A DNA stretch of 63,796 nucleotides, counting the filler, from Reticulomyxa filosa (taxonomy: Eukaryota; Protista; Foraminifera): the NCBI GenBank assembly GCA_000512085.1. It is 21 parts of 21 records of this genome, joined end to end, with 100 filler letters (N's around TTAATTAATTAA, not from the genome) between each part and the next. Parts side by side here need not be neighbours in the genome. Positions count along the whole stretch, not along the records: positions 1 to 4,348 come from ASPP01000379.1; positions 4,449 to 6,211 come from ASPP01022208.1; positions 6,312 to 8,680 come from ASPP01018841.1; positions 8,781 to 16,907 come from ASPP01014885.1; 17 more parts are not named here. One strand, given 5' to 3'. Position numbers and translations under genes: made by a program. Positions 1 through 11,541 of the stretch are shown here, piece by piece. Under the pieces are notes generated by a model. It searched no databases and had not been told where the DNA came from. It worked only from the letters and a program-made list of their open reading frames with translations. Position 1 is the stretch's first letter. The number at the start of each line of letters is the position of its first letter.

Positions 1-1143
1 AGAGAGAGAGAAAGTGCAAAAGGTACAACAAAAAACAAACAAAGCGACGTAAATTTTGTAAACGATTCCGAGGGCCTATCGAGACTGAGGAATGAAATGG
101 TTCATTCAAAAGAGATAAAATTTTTTGATACGTTTTGGATACAGTACCTGTTTGTATTGTCGAATCAAAATACGACATTGATGTTGGAATGGTATTCCAA
201 GACGTTTCAAGGGACAAACACAGACAAAAAGAAGTTCTACTTTGATGCGAGTCCGAATTACTTTTACCAATCGCAAACGCCAAAGCTGGTCAAGTATTTT
301 CTGACCGACGCAAGTACGCCCATTCGTCTGTTGTTATTGTTACGCGATCCAACAGATCGCTTTTTGTCACATCTCAAATTGAAAAAAGTATTTTGTAAAC
401 TTCGCGGCGAAGGCAATGCTCTGTCTTTGAACTTCACGAAACCCCATTTGCCGACTGCACGTTTGGGCCCCTCGAAACTCAATGAATCGCACAGACAGAT
501 CTACAAAGGTTCAAATGCCTCCACTGTCGACAGACACACTTTGTATCGTCGTCTCTTGTCAAAACACAACGACGACTCGTCCTCCTTTGTCGATACAAAT
601 CAAACACATGCTCCTTGGAAAGATCTGCACGAAATGTATTGTCATTGTCTTATTAACATGCCAACAAAGGATCTGGTGCACATGCTGGTCAATAACAATA
701 CCCGGCCGTCATTGAAGGACGCAAACATCCTTGTGGAACACTTGTCCAATGCTAACTCACTTGGGTGCATCCACAATATGTTACTTTGGAACTCTTTGGA
801 CGAGATGTTCACTTTCGGATTGTACGTTAAGCACTTGATGCCTTGGCTAGCTCTATTTGAATTAAATAAAGACTTGCTCATTGTACAAAGTGAAGAATTT
901 TTTACAAACACTGTCAAAGTCTTGCGTGAAATCGAAATTTTTTTGCATGTGTCAACCACTGAAAGATTGACCGAAAAACAATGGGAGGGCATTGTTCCCA
1001 ACGATAATGGTCACACTTTCAGATTTGATACTCAGACGAACAAAGGCTTGGATACTGCTGCTACTTCCACACTTGCCTTGCTGTATCGTGATCATAACCA
1101 AAGACTTTTTCAAATTATTGGTAAAAAATTTGACTGGAAGTAA
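1..1143 (+). CDS. PAPS-dependent sulfotransferase (heparan-sulfate 3-O-/N-sulfotransferase-like fold), probably 5' partial
   Basis: Motifs KEIKFFD, FDASPNYF, LLLLRDPTDRFLSH (3'-PB motif), GLYVKHLMPWL..F...LLIVQSEEF and LYRDHNQRLFQIIGKKFDW match the HS3ST-like consensus. The frame is open from base 1. Confidence 0.82.
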   Translation, partial: RERESAKGTTKNKQSDVNFVNDSEGLSRLRNEMVHSKEIKFFDTFWIQYLFVLSNQNTTLMLEWYSKTFQGTNTDKKKFYFDASPNYFYQSQTPKLVKYFLTDASTPIRLLLLLRDPTDRFLSHLKLKKVFCKLRGEGNALSLNFTKPHLPTARLGPSKLNESHRQIYKGSNASTVDRHTLYRRLLSKHNDDSSSFVDTNQTHAPWKDLHEMYCHCLINMPTKDLVHMLVNNNTRPSLKDANILVEHLSNANSLGCIHNMLLWNSLDEMFTFGLYVKHLMPWLALFELNKDLLIVQSEEFFTNTVKVLREIEIFLHVSTTERLTEKQWEGIVPNDNGHTFRFDTQTNKGLDTAATSTLALLYRDHNQRLFQIIGKKFDWK

Positions 1144-1530
1144 CTAAACTTTGCTTTTTAAATTTTTATAACAATGGTAAACCAAACTAGCCTACTCTTT
1201 GTTGCTGATAAGTCATGATAACAATAACTATATTCCGCCAATATTTACAGAATTCATTATTTCAAATCAATAATTGTGCCTTGCAATTTGATACATTTAT
1301 CTAAAACTTAAAATTTGCAATTAAATGTGCTGCCTTTTGTTCTTTTTACATATTATACCTCGTGTCCGCTCTGGCTCAACTGAATTTTCTGACCTGCAAA
1401 GGGACCTTCAAATACACATAGGCGTACCAATAGATATCCTCTCATCGTCTTTTCAAAATTATTATTGTCACGTGTTTTTTTTTTAGTTCAATTCATGATT
1501 ATACATTGATCTTACTAACCAAAATATTCA

Positions 1531-2352
1531 ATGTCATACAAAGATAACGACAATAGTTTTTCCATTAGTCTGCCTGACCTTTCGAGCTTAGATGTATGTT
1601 TTCCTGGTTTTTTGCTTGTTTTATGTAATGAAACTTTCTGGAAATTTCTGTGCCATCACAACGACAATGAAAAGGTCCAAGCACTTCCGATGGGCTTTGA
1701 GCCGAAGCAAACCGGATTGACATATGTTGGAGAGCTGACAAATCGTGTTGGTATAGCATATTTTAGTGGTCTGTTAGCATGTGGAGTATACGGTGCAATA
1801 AAGGGGTTTCGTGTGGCCCAACCAGGAATTCCAATGCGACTAAAGCTCAATTCAGTGTTTAACCATGCCACTAAATTGAGTGCAAAAAATGCCAACATGT
1901 TTGCTGTCTTAGGTAACCAAATATGCGCTCTATTTTGTTGGCTTGTTTCAACTATGATCCAAACATTATTTTAAAAGTGAACATATACTCTTGTGGATCA
2001 AACTTGGACAGCATGCTATTTTGTAACGTTCAAACGCCTTTATCCAAAAATATATCCTGATATAAACCCATCATTTAATTTAATAGCCTCTGGTGCATCC
2101 GCGGGGGCACTTTGCAAATTCTTCAGTTCATCGCAGTGTCTCTTCTCTGTGTTTGTTGTCTTGTCTTGAACCAGAATGTCATCTGCAGAGGAACTATCTT
2201 TAGAAATGTTGTGTGATATCTTTTTGTATTTGAAATGATGCTATCTACACACAGATCCTTGGACAATAGTATTGCGGTATTCCGTTGCTGGAGCTGCTAT
2301 TCCAGGATCTTACTGCCTTGTAACTTATCTCATTGATGAAGGATATCTGTAG
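1531..2352 (+). CDS. TIM23: Mitochondrial inner-membrane translocase subunit Tim23 (Tim17/22/23 family), about 4 exons
   Basis: VGIAYFSGLLACGVYGAIKGF...RLKLNSVFN...NMFAVL. Later exons read by eye give ACYFVTFKR..DINPSFNLIASGASAGALCKFF and NPWTIVLRYSVAGAAIPG..EGYL* (TAG at 2350-2352), with GT..AG introns between. Confidence 0.8.
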
Positions 2353-2749
2353 AGCCAATTTTTTTTATCATGTGTTTCCAAAATTTCAATTTAGTTGCTT
2401 TAAAATCACTTTTGATTAAAAGATTTATTATTTTGTCAAACTAAAACTTATTTTCCAAAAGTGGGCGAAGGATTGTCAAATGAAAGAATTTGAATCGAGC
2501 GCTTCTTTACAACTAATTCATTTAAATTTTTGTGATCATCAAAAAAAATTTCAGATAACGTCAAATTGTTTTTTTTGACTTGTGATCCGACACAAATATC
2601 TTTCTGATATGGAGGAAAATGTACTGTTAGAGCTGAGACAAACCTCTAAAGAGTTTTCTGTTAATATCCCGAAAAATGAAGTCATGTTGCAGAAATGACT
2701 AGCTTTCATGTTTACTTTGAAAGAAAAGTAAATCCAACCATTAAAAAAA

Positions 2750-4348
2750 ATGTTGAGAAAAGAGAAAGAATCAACGTCAGCCAATAAGAAAGCCTCCCTG
2801 AAAGAAAAGGAAGAAGAGCGTTCACATTCAGATGAAGAGGTAATAGTGGAGTCAGGTAGTGAGTGGTATTACCCTCCAGGCCACGAATTATTGGCAAAAC
2901 AAGGAAGTGGACGAGCGGATAAGAACAAATACGGGCAAAAATTGCAAGCAATGAAGGTGTTGAATGAGATGCTTTCAAAAAAGAACGAAGAAAAAGAGCA
3001 AATACAGCACTCGGAAATGGCAGACAAAAAAAAGGAATCAAAAGTGAGCCAAATAACACAGTTGGAAATGAATTGCTGAGTTCTAACTCGATCCTTGAAG
3101 CGGGTGATTTGGACGACAAAGAAATCGACGACATATTGAATGCGACATCGATGCGTAGTGCAAGTTCAATGCGCAACTACCTGCAAGGAAATGAAACGAA
3201 CGGGAAGAGCGAAGCAAAAGAGACGAACAGACAGCCGTTGGAAAAGGAGACGAAAGAGCTAATGGAATGGACAGAAGAAGACAAAGCAAAATTGAATAAA
3301 GCCAATTATCAGATTAAAAGAAGACTGTCAAGTCAAGAGCTGTGGAAGTCACATTATAAAAATGACAAAATGCATCGTTTGCGATATCGTCGCCGTTCGA
3401 AATCAGATCCAGAAAAATTGGCAATGACTCAAAGATGGCATCGAAAATGCGACTATGAATACCGTCCAAACACAAAAAATCTCTTTATGTTGTCCGCTGT
3501 CGGTACACATTCCAACGATCCAAATAAAATAAACGAACATGAGCCCAAATTGGGACTGATTCCGTCATCTCGTCAAGACGAGCAATTTCTATTTCGATAT
3601 TTGTTTGATGATGAGGATTATACCGACAGTGAACCGTCCTTGTCCCTTTCAGTTATTGTTTTTTTTTTCTTATGACAATTTTGAGTATGAATGGTGATAA
3701 TGACAAATAACAGTATAATAATAATAATAAATGATAAATGATAAATGATAAATGATAAATGATAATACATAATACATAATAATAATAAACAATAGGCAGG
3801 TGATGTTGTTGACTTATTGGACTTGAATGCAATAGACGAAAAAGAGTCGTATGTTGGAAAGGACAAAACGACAACAGAATCCACAATGGTCTCAGAAAAC
3901 GTTGCTCTCCACAAGGACAAACAAAAAACAAAGAAGCAAACAGACAAAAGAGACAGCGATATGCCAAATGAATCGCGTCGAATGTCTTATCGCGAAAGTA
4001 TGATGAGTCGAATAATCCCCAATTATCGAAACAAAACAACAGTAAGTCAGGCTAACAAGTTATTCGATCACGACACACAACATCAAGGACACACGTATGC
4101 CAAGAAAGAATGGATCGAACAGGAGTTTGGCAAATACACCAGCACGTTGTTGGAATTTAACGTAAAGAAGAAGGATAAATGGGGTCGAGACCAGCCAAGA
4201 GTGTTGGTCGTGGATATTACCATGCAAGTGTTGCGTGTGAAAGACAAGTCCGGAAAAACTCACAAAGAGCATTCTGTCCATACCATTTCGTCGTTTGAAG
4301 ATTTTTTTAATCCAAAGCAGCCAACACCACAACTCAGAGTGTGTGTGT
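2750..4348 (+). CDS. Hypothetical multi-exon protein with a PH-like domain at the contig end (3' partial)
   Basis: Consecutive + ORFs at 2750, 3073 and 3817 are separated by an (ATGATAA/AAT)n intron and a frame break near 3073. The final part, FNVKKKDKWGRDQPRVLVVD..VLRVKDKSGKTHKEH, resembles PH-fold strands b1-b3. Confidence 0.45.
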
Positions 4349-4448
4349 NNNNNNNNNNNNNNNNNNNNNNNNNNNNNNNNNNNNNNNNNNNNTTAATTAA
4401 TTAANNNNNNNNNNNNNNNNNNNNNNNNNNNNNNNNNNNNNNNNNNNN
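4349..4448. other. Artificial contig-joining spacer (N44-TTAATTAATTAA-N44); first of 20 identical spacers
   Basis: The same 100-bp structure, with a stop codon in all six frames, occurs at 4349, 6212, 8681, 16908, 19045, 22880, 24011, 25732, 28383, 30594, 33490, 35191, 38579, 41101, 42507, 45385, 47996, 50207, 58413 and 62638. Flanking sequences are unrelated across each spacer. Confidence 0.98.
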
Positions 4449-6211
4449 ATTATTCAAACAAGGATATCCAATATCACTGTCAATATTACTATCATTCCAC
4501 TTTGCTTGATGAGTTGGAAATGTCCATTCAATGGCCTGTTTATCACAATATCTGATTAATTCATTCAAAGCATCGAAATTGATATTATTATCATCATAGC
4601 TCAATTGAATACAAGGATTGAATATCATCAAACCAAATGCCAGTAATTGAATGTCCATATCATTGGCTGTTTTACAAATACGATTATTTGAATTCTGTTT
4701 ATTCATCAATGTATTTTCATTTTTCATTTGGACATTTTCTTTTAATACACAAATTATTACACGTTTCCACATATCTTCGGATATTTTTGATAATGAATCC
4801 CGTGCACAGCTCTTTTTCGCTCTTTCCAACAAATGTATCACCAATAAATACAATTGTTTGTCATTCAATTTCGTTGATATTAATTTAAGTAATTTCACCA
4901 ATCCCATCGACTGTTTGGAAAAAAATATCAAAGCGTTGAAAAACCTCTCCGATTGTGTTTCATTCCATTTCGTTGAAATTTCTTCAAGTGTTTTTTTATA
5001 TGATTTGAAGTAATTCCATATCTGCTTATTTGGCAAAGCATTGAAAACTCCTTCCAGTTGTTTATCAGTCAAATTCGTTGAAATTACTCCAAATAATTCT
5101 GCATATGAATCACAAACATATTCATTTTTATGTTTAAATCTACTTATCAAAGTATTGAAAACTCTTTCCAGTTGTTTCTCATTCGCTTTTGTTGCAGTGA
5201 TACCAAGTGATTTTACAAATGATCCATGATACCAGTTAAATTTATCTTCTAACCCTGAATGAAAGCACTGAAAACTCTATCCAATTGTGTTTCATTCAAT
5301 TTTGTTGAAATTGTTTCAAGTGATTCTGCACATGATACACGATCCCATTCATTGGTATCTTTTAACCCATGAATGAAAGCACTGAAAACTCTATCCAATT
5401 GTTTATCATTCAATTTTGTTGACATTGTTTTCAGTGATTTTTCACATAATGCACGAATACATTTATTTTCATCTTTTAATCCATCCAAACATTCGAAAAC
5501 ATCATCCAATTGCTTTTTGTTTAATTTCATAGAAACATGTCCAATACATTCTGCACACAAGTAATGATTCCATTCATTACCTTTGAGTTTATTGATCAAA
5601 CATGTGAAAAGAGAATCAATTTGTGTTTCATTTAATTTCATTGCAATTCCTTTAAGTAAATTTCTGGATGCATCACAACAATATCCATTTATATTTTGAA
5701 ATCCATCAATTAAACATTGAAAAGTAATATTCAATTGTTTGTCATTCCATTTCTTTGAAAGTGTTACAAGTGATTTTACACATGACTCCTGAACACTCGA
5801 ATCTTTTAATCCATTTGTGAAACATTGAAAAGCATCATCGACATGTTTTCCATTTAGATTCACTGCAATTATCCCAAGTAATTCCGTACATCTCCTACGC
5901 AGCCTGATTATATCCATTGAAGAGTCAAAAGCTTCATTCAATTGTTGTTCATTACATTTATTTGAATTATCAGTGATTATATCCATTGAAGAGTTAAAAA
6001 GCTTCATTCAATTGTTGTTCATTACATTTATTTGAAATTTCTTTAATTTTGATACGAATATTTGGATCTACATTTTTATCCTTTAATGTATCCATAAAAT
6101 AATTCAATGTAATGTTCATTTGTTTTTCATCCAATCTCTGCGCAATTCTTTCAAGTAAATCATCGTATTTATCTATTCTTCATAACCTAATCTACTAATT
6201 AAATAATTAAA
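4449..6211 (-). pseudogene. HEAT/PBS-lyase-like repeat protein of an expanded family, frameshifted
   Basis: About 38-aa repeats (SCAESLETISTKLNETQLDRVFSAFIHGLKD). ORFs 5249-6007 and 4401-5150 are broken by a stop/frameshift near 5249, and there is an imperfect tandem duplication at about 5906-6036. Confidence 0.75.
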
Positions 6212-7616
6212 NNNNNNNNNNNNNNNNNNNNNNNNNNNNNNNNNNNNNNNNNNNNTTAATTAATTAANNNNNNNNNNNNNNNNNNNNNNNNNNNNNNNNN
6301 NNNNNNNNNNNTTAGTACTTCCTTCAAAAATAGCATAAACAAAAGCGAATACTGGCACTCTGGCAAGAAAATTAACACACACAAAAAAGACACTGTAGGA
6401 AGCTCAGGTACAGAAGTTGTAAGTGTAATACGACGACGAATACTTTTATTGAGAGCAGTCTCAATACAACAAAATTGATTTAAAGAAAGAATACTTAACA
6501 ACAAGAAAAGAAAAAAAATGAAAAGAATTGTGAAGGAGTTTAACCATTTAAAGTTCGGCTATCTACAATAGGAACTTATCCTACAACATCTCAAGATGTA
6601 TACTTGTCTAATTCCAAACAAAAAAATGTTTGACGACTTTTAAAATATTCAACAAATATTATTTACTTGCATAATTTATATTATCTTTTTTTGCTTATTC
6701 ATCTTTTGAAAAACATTTCTCTGATAGAATATGAAAGAAAAAGATGTACATTTATTACTTTTATTTAATGGCAATGTTGTTATTTCATCACAATCGCAAA
6801 TAATACCAATATGATGATTAAAAAAATTTTCAGTAAACATTTTTTCAAACGTGGTTTTTCTTTGTAAGAGCTCTTTTGTCACAGCAATCAAAGTGAGTCG
6901 ATATCATTGATAGTATTGCACAAAACAAATTAGTCAAGATGTTTGAAGACAAGATTTGCTAATAAAAAATACAAGTAGTGTTTGGAGCAACGATGAAGTA
7001 TTGATAAATTTATATTCGTTTTTTTGAATATATGATAAGAATAACAAAATCTTTGTTCATAACCTCCACAAATGATGAATTCGTATTTATATAACACACA
7101 TGACTGCGCAAAGTTTGAAAGAGATGTTGATTTTACATTTAATGATTTCTACCGCTCTTATCAAAATATTACTATTGACCAAGTACATAATTTACTGAAG
7201 AAGATACAATTAGTTAAAAAGTTTTAATAATTACAAAAACTGATTTGATGAATGTATTTAATTTTGAAATATTTTCTCAAACTTGTCTTATCATAATTCA
7301 TTCAATAAAATTGTAGTTGTGTACATTACTCAATTATGAAGAATTCTGTAATTACTTTGAATGAAATAACATATAATCAATCATCAATTATGAATATCAA
7401 TATTCTTCTTTAATCATTGATAGAAATTTACAATCGATCAAATTATTTTTCGGATGAAATGGCAATACTTGTTAAATATACGATTTTAATAATTTTTTGT
7501 TTAATGGCCAAAAAAAAACAGCAATGAAACAAGATTTGATATTTAAAACATTCTTGTTCTTGGTTTAGTTGTCTGTTGTCCCCCAAATATTGGTTCAAAA
7601 AAAAAAAGTATCTAAC

Positions 7617-8330
7617 ATGTCTATTCAAATCAACAACATCTTTCAAAGTTTACCTGACTTATCTAAGCCATTCACAATTTCACAATGCATTTTATTCAAG
7701 GATGAGCTTCTTATTTGTGGAGGTTATGAAACTAATGACTGTATCCAGTTGAATGGACATTGTGTTATACAATTGCTTCATCCACAAACCAATTCCAATG
7801 AAATTGATTTATTATCCTTTGAAGGACAATATCCAAGTCAAATGAAATAAATATTTTTAATGAAATATAAAAATAATTCCAAATTTGAACATGATTCTAT
7901 TTCTCAATCTTTTAACACTTGGATAAGATATAATAAAGACACTAATATTCGTGGATTGATTGGTGAAATGAATAATGATTTATTGTTCATTACACATTAT
8001 CCAAAAAACGATGAACAAAACAAAATATTTCAGTATGAAAAATTACTAATTTGTCCGGCTTTGAATGATTTCACTACTTATTCATTTATATATCTTTACG
8101 ATTTTATTTTTTTATTTGCAAATATGAAAGAACAAGGAATGTAAATAAATATTCAATGAAAGAGAAAATATGGAATAAATGAAAATTTAAATTGCTAATG
8201 GAAGTATCTCAATGTTTTGCAAATATTCATGTCATTGATGGATGGAATGACAAAGACAAAAAACAGAAAATACATGTTAGCAAATATTTGAATCAGAATT
8301 ATTAAAAATATCAAAGATGTGTTAATTGGA
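7617..8330 (+). pseudogene. Degenerate kelch-like beta-propeller family member
   Basis: FQSLPDLSKPFTISQCILFKDELLICGGYETNDC..LNGHCVIQL..IDLLSF parallels ORF 22980-23398. It carries multiple stops and deletions. Confidence 0.65.
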
Positions 8331-8780
8331 AAAAAATGAAAACACAAATTGAAACATTGGAAAAGAAATTGAAAGTATGGAATTAAATAGAATAAATCGG
8401 GATAATGTTTGGAGTTTTGATGTAAATTTCAGCAAACTAGAAAAAAGGATTTGATTTGGATGAATGAGATTCCATCCACAATTAGAATATCAATGTTTGA
8501 TTTAATATTTATTTTTATATGCATTATATATTATAGATAGATTTTAAAGAAGTGATTGAAAAATAAAAATCAATACAATAAGAAATTTATGAAAAATATT
8601 TGGAAAAGATAAAATTGAAAAATCAAGTGCATGAAGCAATTTTAAATTATACAAAAAATGTATTGAACAATAATCAGATCNNNNNNNNNNNNNNNNNNNN
8701 NNNNNNNNNNNNNNNNNNNNNNNNTTAATTAATTAANNNNNNNNNNNNNNNNNNNNNNNNNNNNNNNNNNNNNNNNNNNN

Positions 8781-10940
8781 AAGGATAGCAAAGATGATAA
8801 GGATAGCAAAGATGACAAGGATAGCAAAGTCAACAATGAGGAGCAAACACAATCCAACACGCAGAGCCATTCATCCGGCAATGGCGTTGATTCCAATGCC
8901 ATTCCAGCACAACAAGGGTCCAATGAGACTACGTTGTCTCGCAATCCGTCGCATTTACCTGTCGAAAAGGAGCAACCATTGGTGGCGGAACAAAAACACG
9001 AACAAAAGCAAGAAAAAGAAAACAGAGATGACGGCGATGACGAAGAAGAGGAGGCGGAATTAGGACAAGGGCCGAGTGCTTATGACAATAACCCACTTGG
9101 CGCTTGTGCAAACGAAACTGAGTCCAGGCATGGTGCTGAACGAGGCGATTCATCCGAGCCGGAGTTAGGGGATGTTATGCCTGTCACAGATCCTGGCACT
9201 AGTGAGCCTTTACAATCCAATCCAGGTTCGTGTTTTATATTTGCTTGTAGGAAGAGGAGAGGAGGAGAGAGAAATGGAAAAGAATAAAACACAAAGCATT
9301 TTATATTTCAAATGGAAAAAAAAAATGCAAAAGGGGTCAACAAGGAAGAAAATATCGAAAAACCAAACGAAAAGAAATTGGAAAAACACAACAGTAAAGA
9401 CAAAGACACAAAGGCTCAATCTCGTCCACACAAAAAAGATTTGGGCATTCGTCCGTACATTCAAATCTTCAAAGATGCTAAGTTAATTTGGACATCGCGT
9501 AAAAAAAATAAGCCGCTGCAATTCTACGAACAATCCGATCGATCTGTCAAAATCGTTGTTCAAAAAGAAATGGAAGGAGATATTTTAATACGAATACGTC
9601 ATTTGTGTTCTGACAATCGAACCAAGCTTTCCGTCTGCCGATTTGTTATGTGTCACTAAACTGTGCATATTCAAAACAAAAAAAACTCTCGAATAAACTG
9701 AAAACACAAATTGATGTCCCCTTGGCATTCAATAATTTATCTTTGTTTGATTTGTTTAATATTTGCAAAAAAGGCGTTTCATACCGGATACTTGGAGGAT
9801 CACGGCGTGATTCGCTTCAAAAAGTCTCAATTAGATGGAGCTTGGAATAGTGACAGGTTATACTCAAACGGAGAGGGAGGAAATAAAAAACATTGAAAGG
9901 GCTTGAGTGCAATGTGTTCCAATAACAGATTTGGTCGAGACTTTATGATCGATATGATCATTGGAAATATAAAAGAAGAAGACACTGCTCAATCACGTTT
10001 TTCAGAGCTTTTTTGGAATGAAATTGTGAGGCGCAGCTTGTCGCTTGAGAATGCGAGACTTTTATCACAACAACAACAACAGCAAGAACAACAACAAGAA
10101 CAACAACAACAAGAACATACCCAAGTGCAACCACAGCCACAATCACAATCACAATCACAACCACAGCCATCGCCACAATTGAATCAAGATAATCCAAAAT
10201 CAACGGAAAAGGTTGTTAGTGATACCACTACTGCTTCACAATCAAACCAGACAATTGCTTCTGCTCAAAAGATAGCACCACAATTTGTTGTGGGAACAGT
10301 AGAGGATGAGCATTTGGCTCCTGATAGCAGCGAAGAGGCTGTCGAAGAGACTATCAATGATACAGTTATTCAAACCTCAGCGACACAATCCAGCTCAAAT
10401 GATGATCACAAAGGCCATTCCGAACTCAAGTCTGAGGTTCATAACGAGAACAAAGGTTATCTCTTTTCTCCTTTTTTTTCTCTCTCTTGATTCACACCAG
10501 CTTTTCAATTGGCAATAGAATCTTTGAAAGAATTTTCTGAATTATTTGAGCCAGAAAATAGCAAACCAAATAAAGGCAAAGAAGAGGCATTAGACGATTT
10601 GGAAAAATTTGCTGATGGATTGGATTTGGACAATATTCAAGTCGATTCTGACACAGAACAATATTTTGAAGAGCTGACTCAAAAGTTTTCACATGCTACA
10701 GATGTTTCGTTGCTTTTTTATATTTTTTAATGACGTTCATCAATTCAATATTTTCAATTGTTTAAATGTTTTGCATTGTTCTTGGACTTAATCAAAAGGG
10801 GAAGCCGCTCACTGCAGACGAGTTAGATCTAATCAATGACGAGATTAACGAAGAAAACGACGACCAGAGTCTCAGCACAACTTCTAAGAACAACACCAAC
10901 AAAAGTAAATCAAGAGTAACTTCTGAATTACCTTAACTTT
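8781..10940 (+). CDS. PTEN/tensin-type C2 domain protein with acidic and Gln-rich low-complexity regions (5' partial, multi-exon)
   Basis: Spliced reading GIRPYIQIFK..EGDILIRIRH..VCRF|AFHTGYL..VIRFKKSQLDGAWNSD|RFGRDFMIDMI matches the tensin-type C2 consensus (GxRPYxxI, GDV/I, FxTxF, LD, FxxDF). Confidence 0.72.
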
Positions 10941-11541
10941 AGTGTTCCCTCTTTTTAAATCGTATTTTTGCCATTTGCATTGTTTGAAATATTGTCCAAC
11001 GTTTGTCCGTTTTCGTTTTTGCATCCTTTTGGCTTTGATAGAAGGAAAGATATTTTTTTAAAAACAATTTCACAAATTGTCAACATATCAAAAGTTTTAA
11101 CTTTTTATCTTATGAATGTATTGCGTTGCATTTCAAGCTTACTTTTGCTTCAGTGGTAACTATGTGTGTTAAGTTTGTAAATGACACAGTAGTTGTTACA
11201 AAATATATTTATTACTATACAGTCCTTTTTGATGATAACTTTTTTGCCGTGGCAAAACGCTAGCATACTTGTATTGTTTACAAGTCGACGTGTAATTTCG
11301 ACTCTGATCACAAAGCGGTAAGATGATGAAAAATTCCTTAGTTAAGCGTGGTTAAAATGATACGCTTTGAGGAAGAAATTTCAAAAATATTGAAATTTGG
11401 GTTTTTAAAACAACAATGCTTACATTTCAAAAAGCCAAGTTCTAAAATGTAGTGTTTCCGATTTTCCTGTGGAACTACAAAAAAAGCGTACGACGTACAG
11501 GGTTTAGCCAATTTTTCTGAAAGGCCTACTCCTTTCCATTC

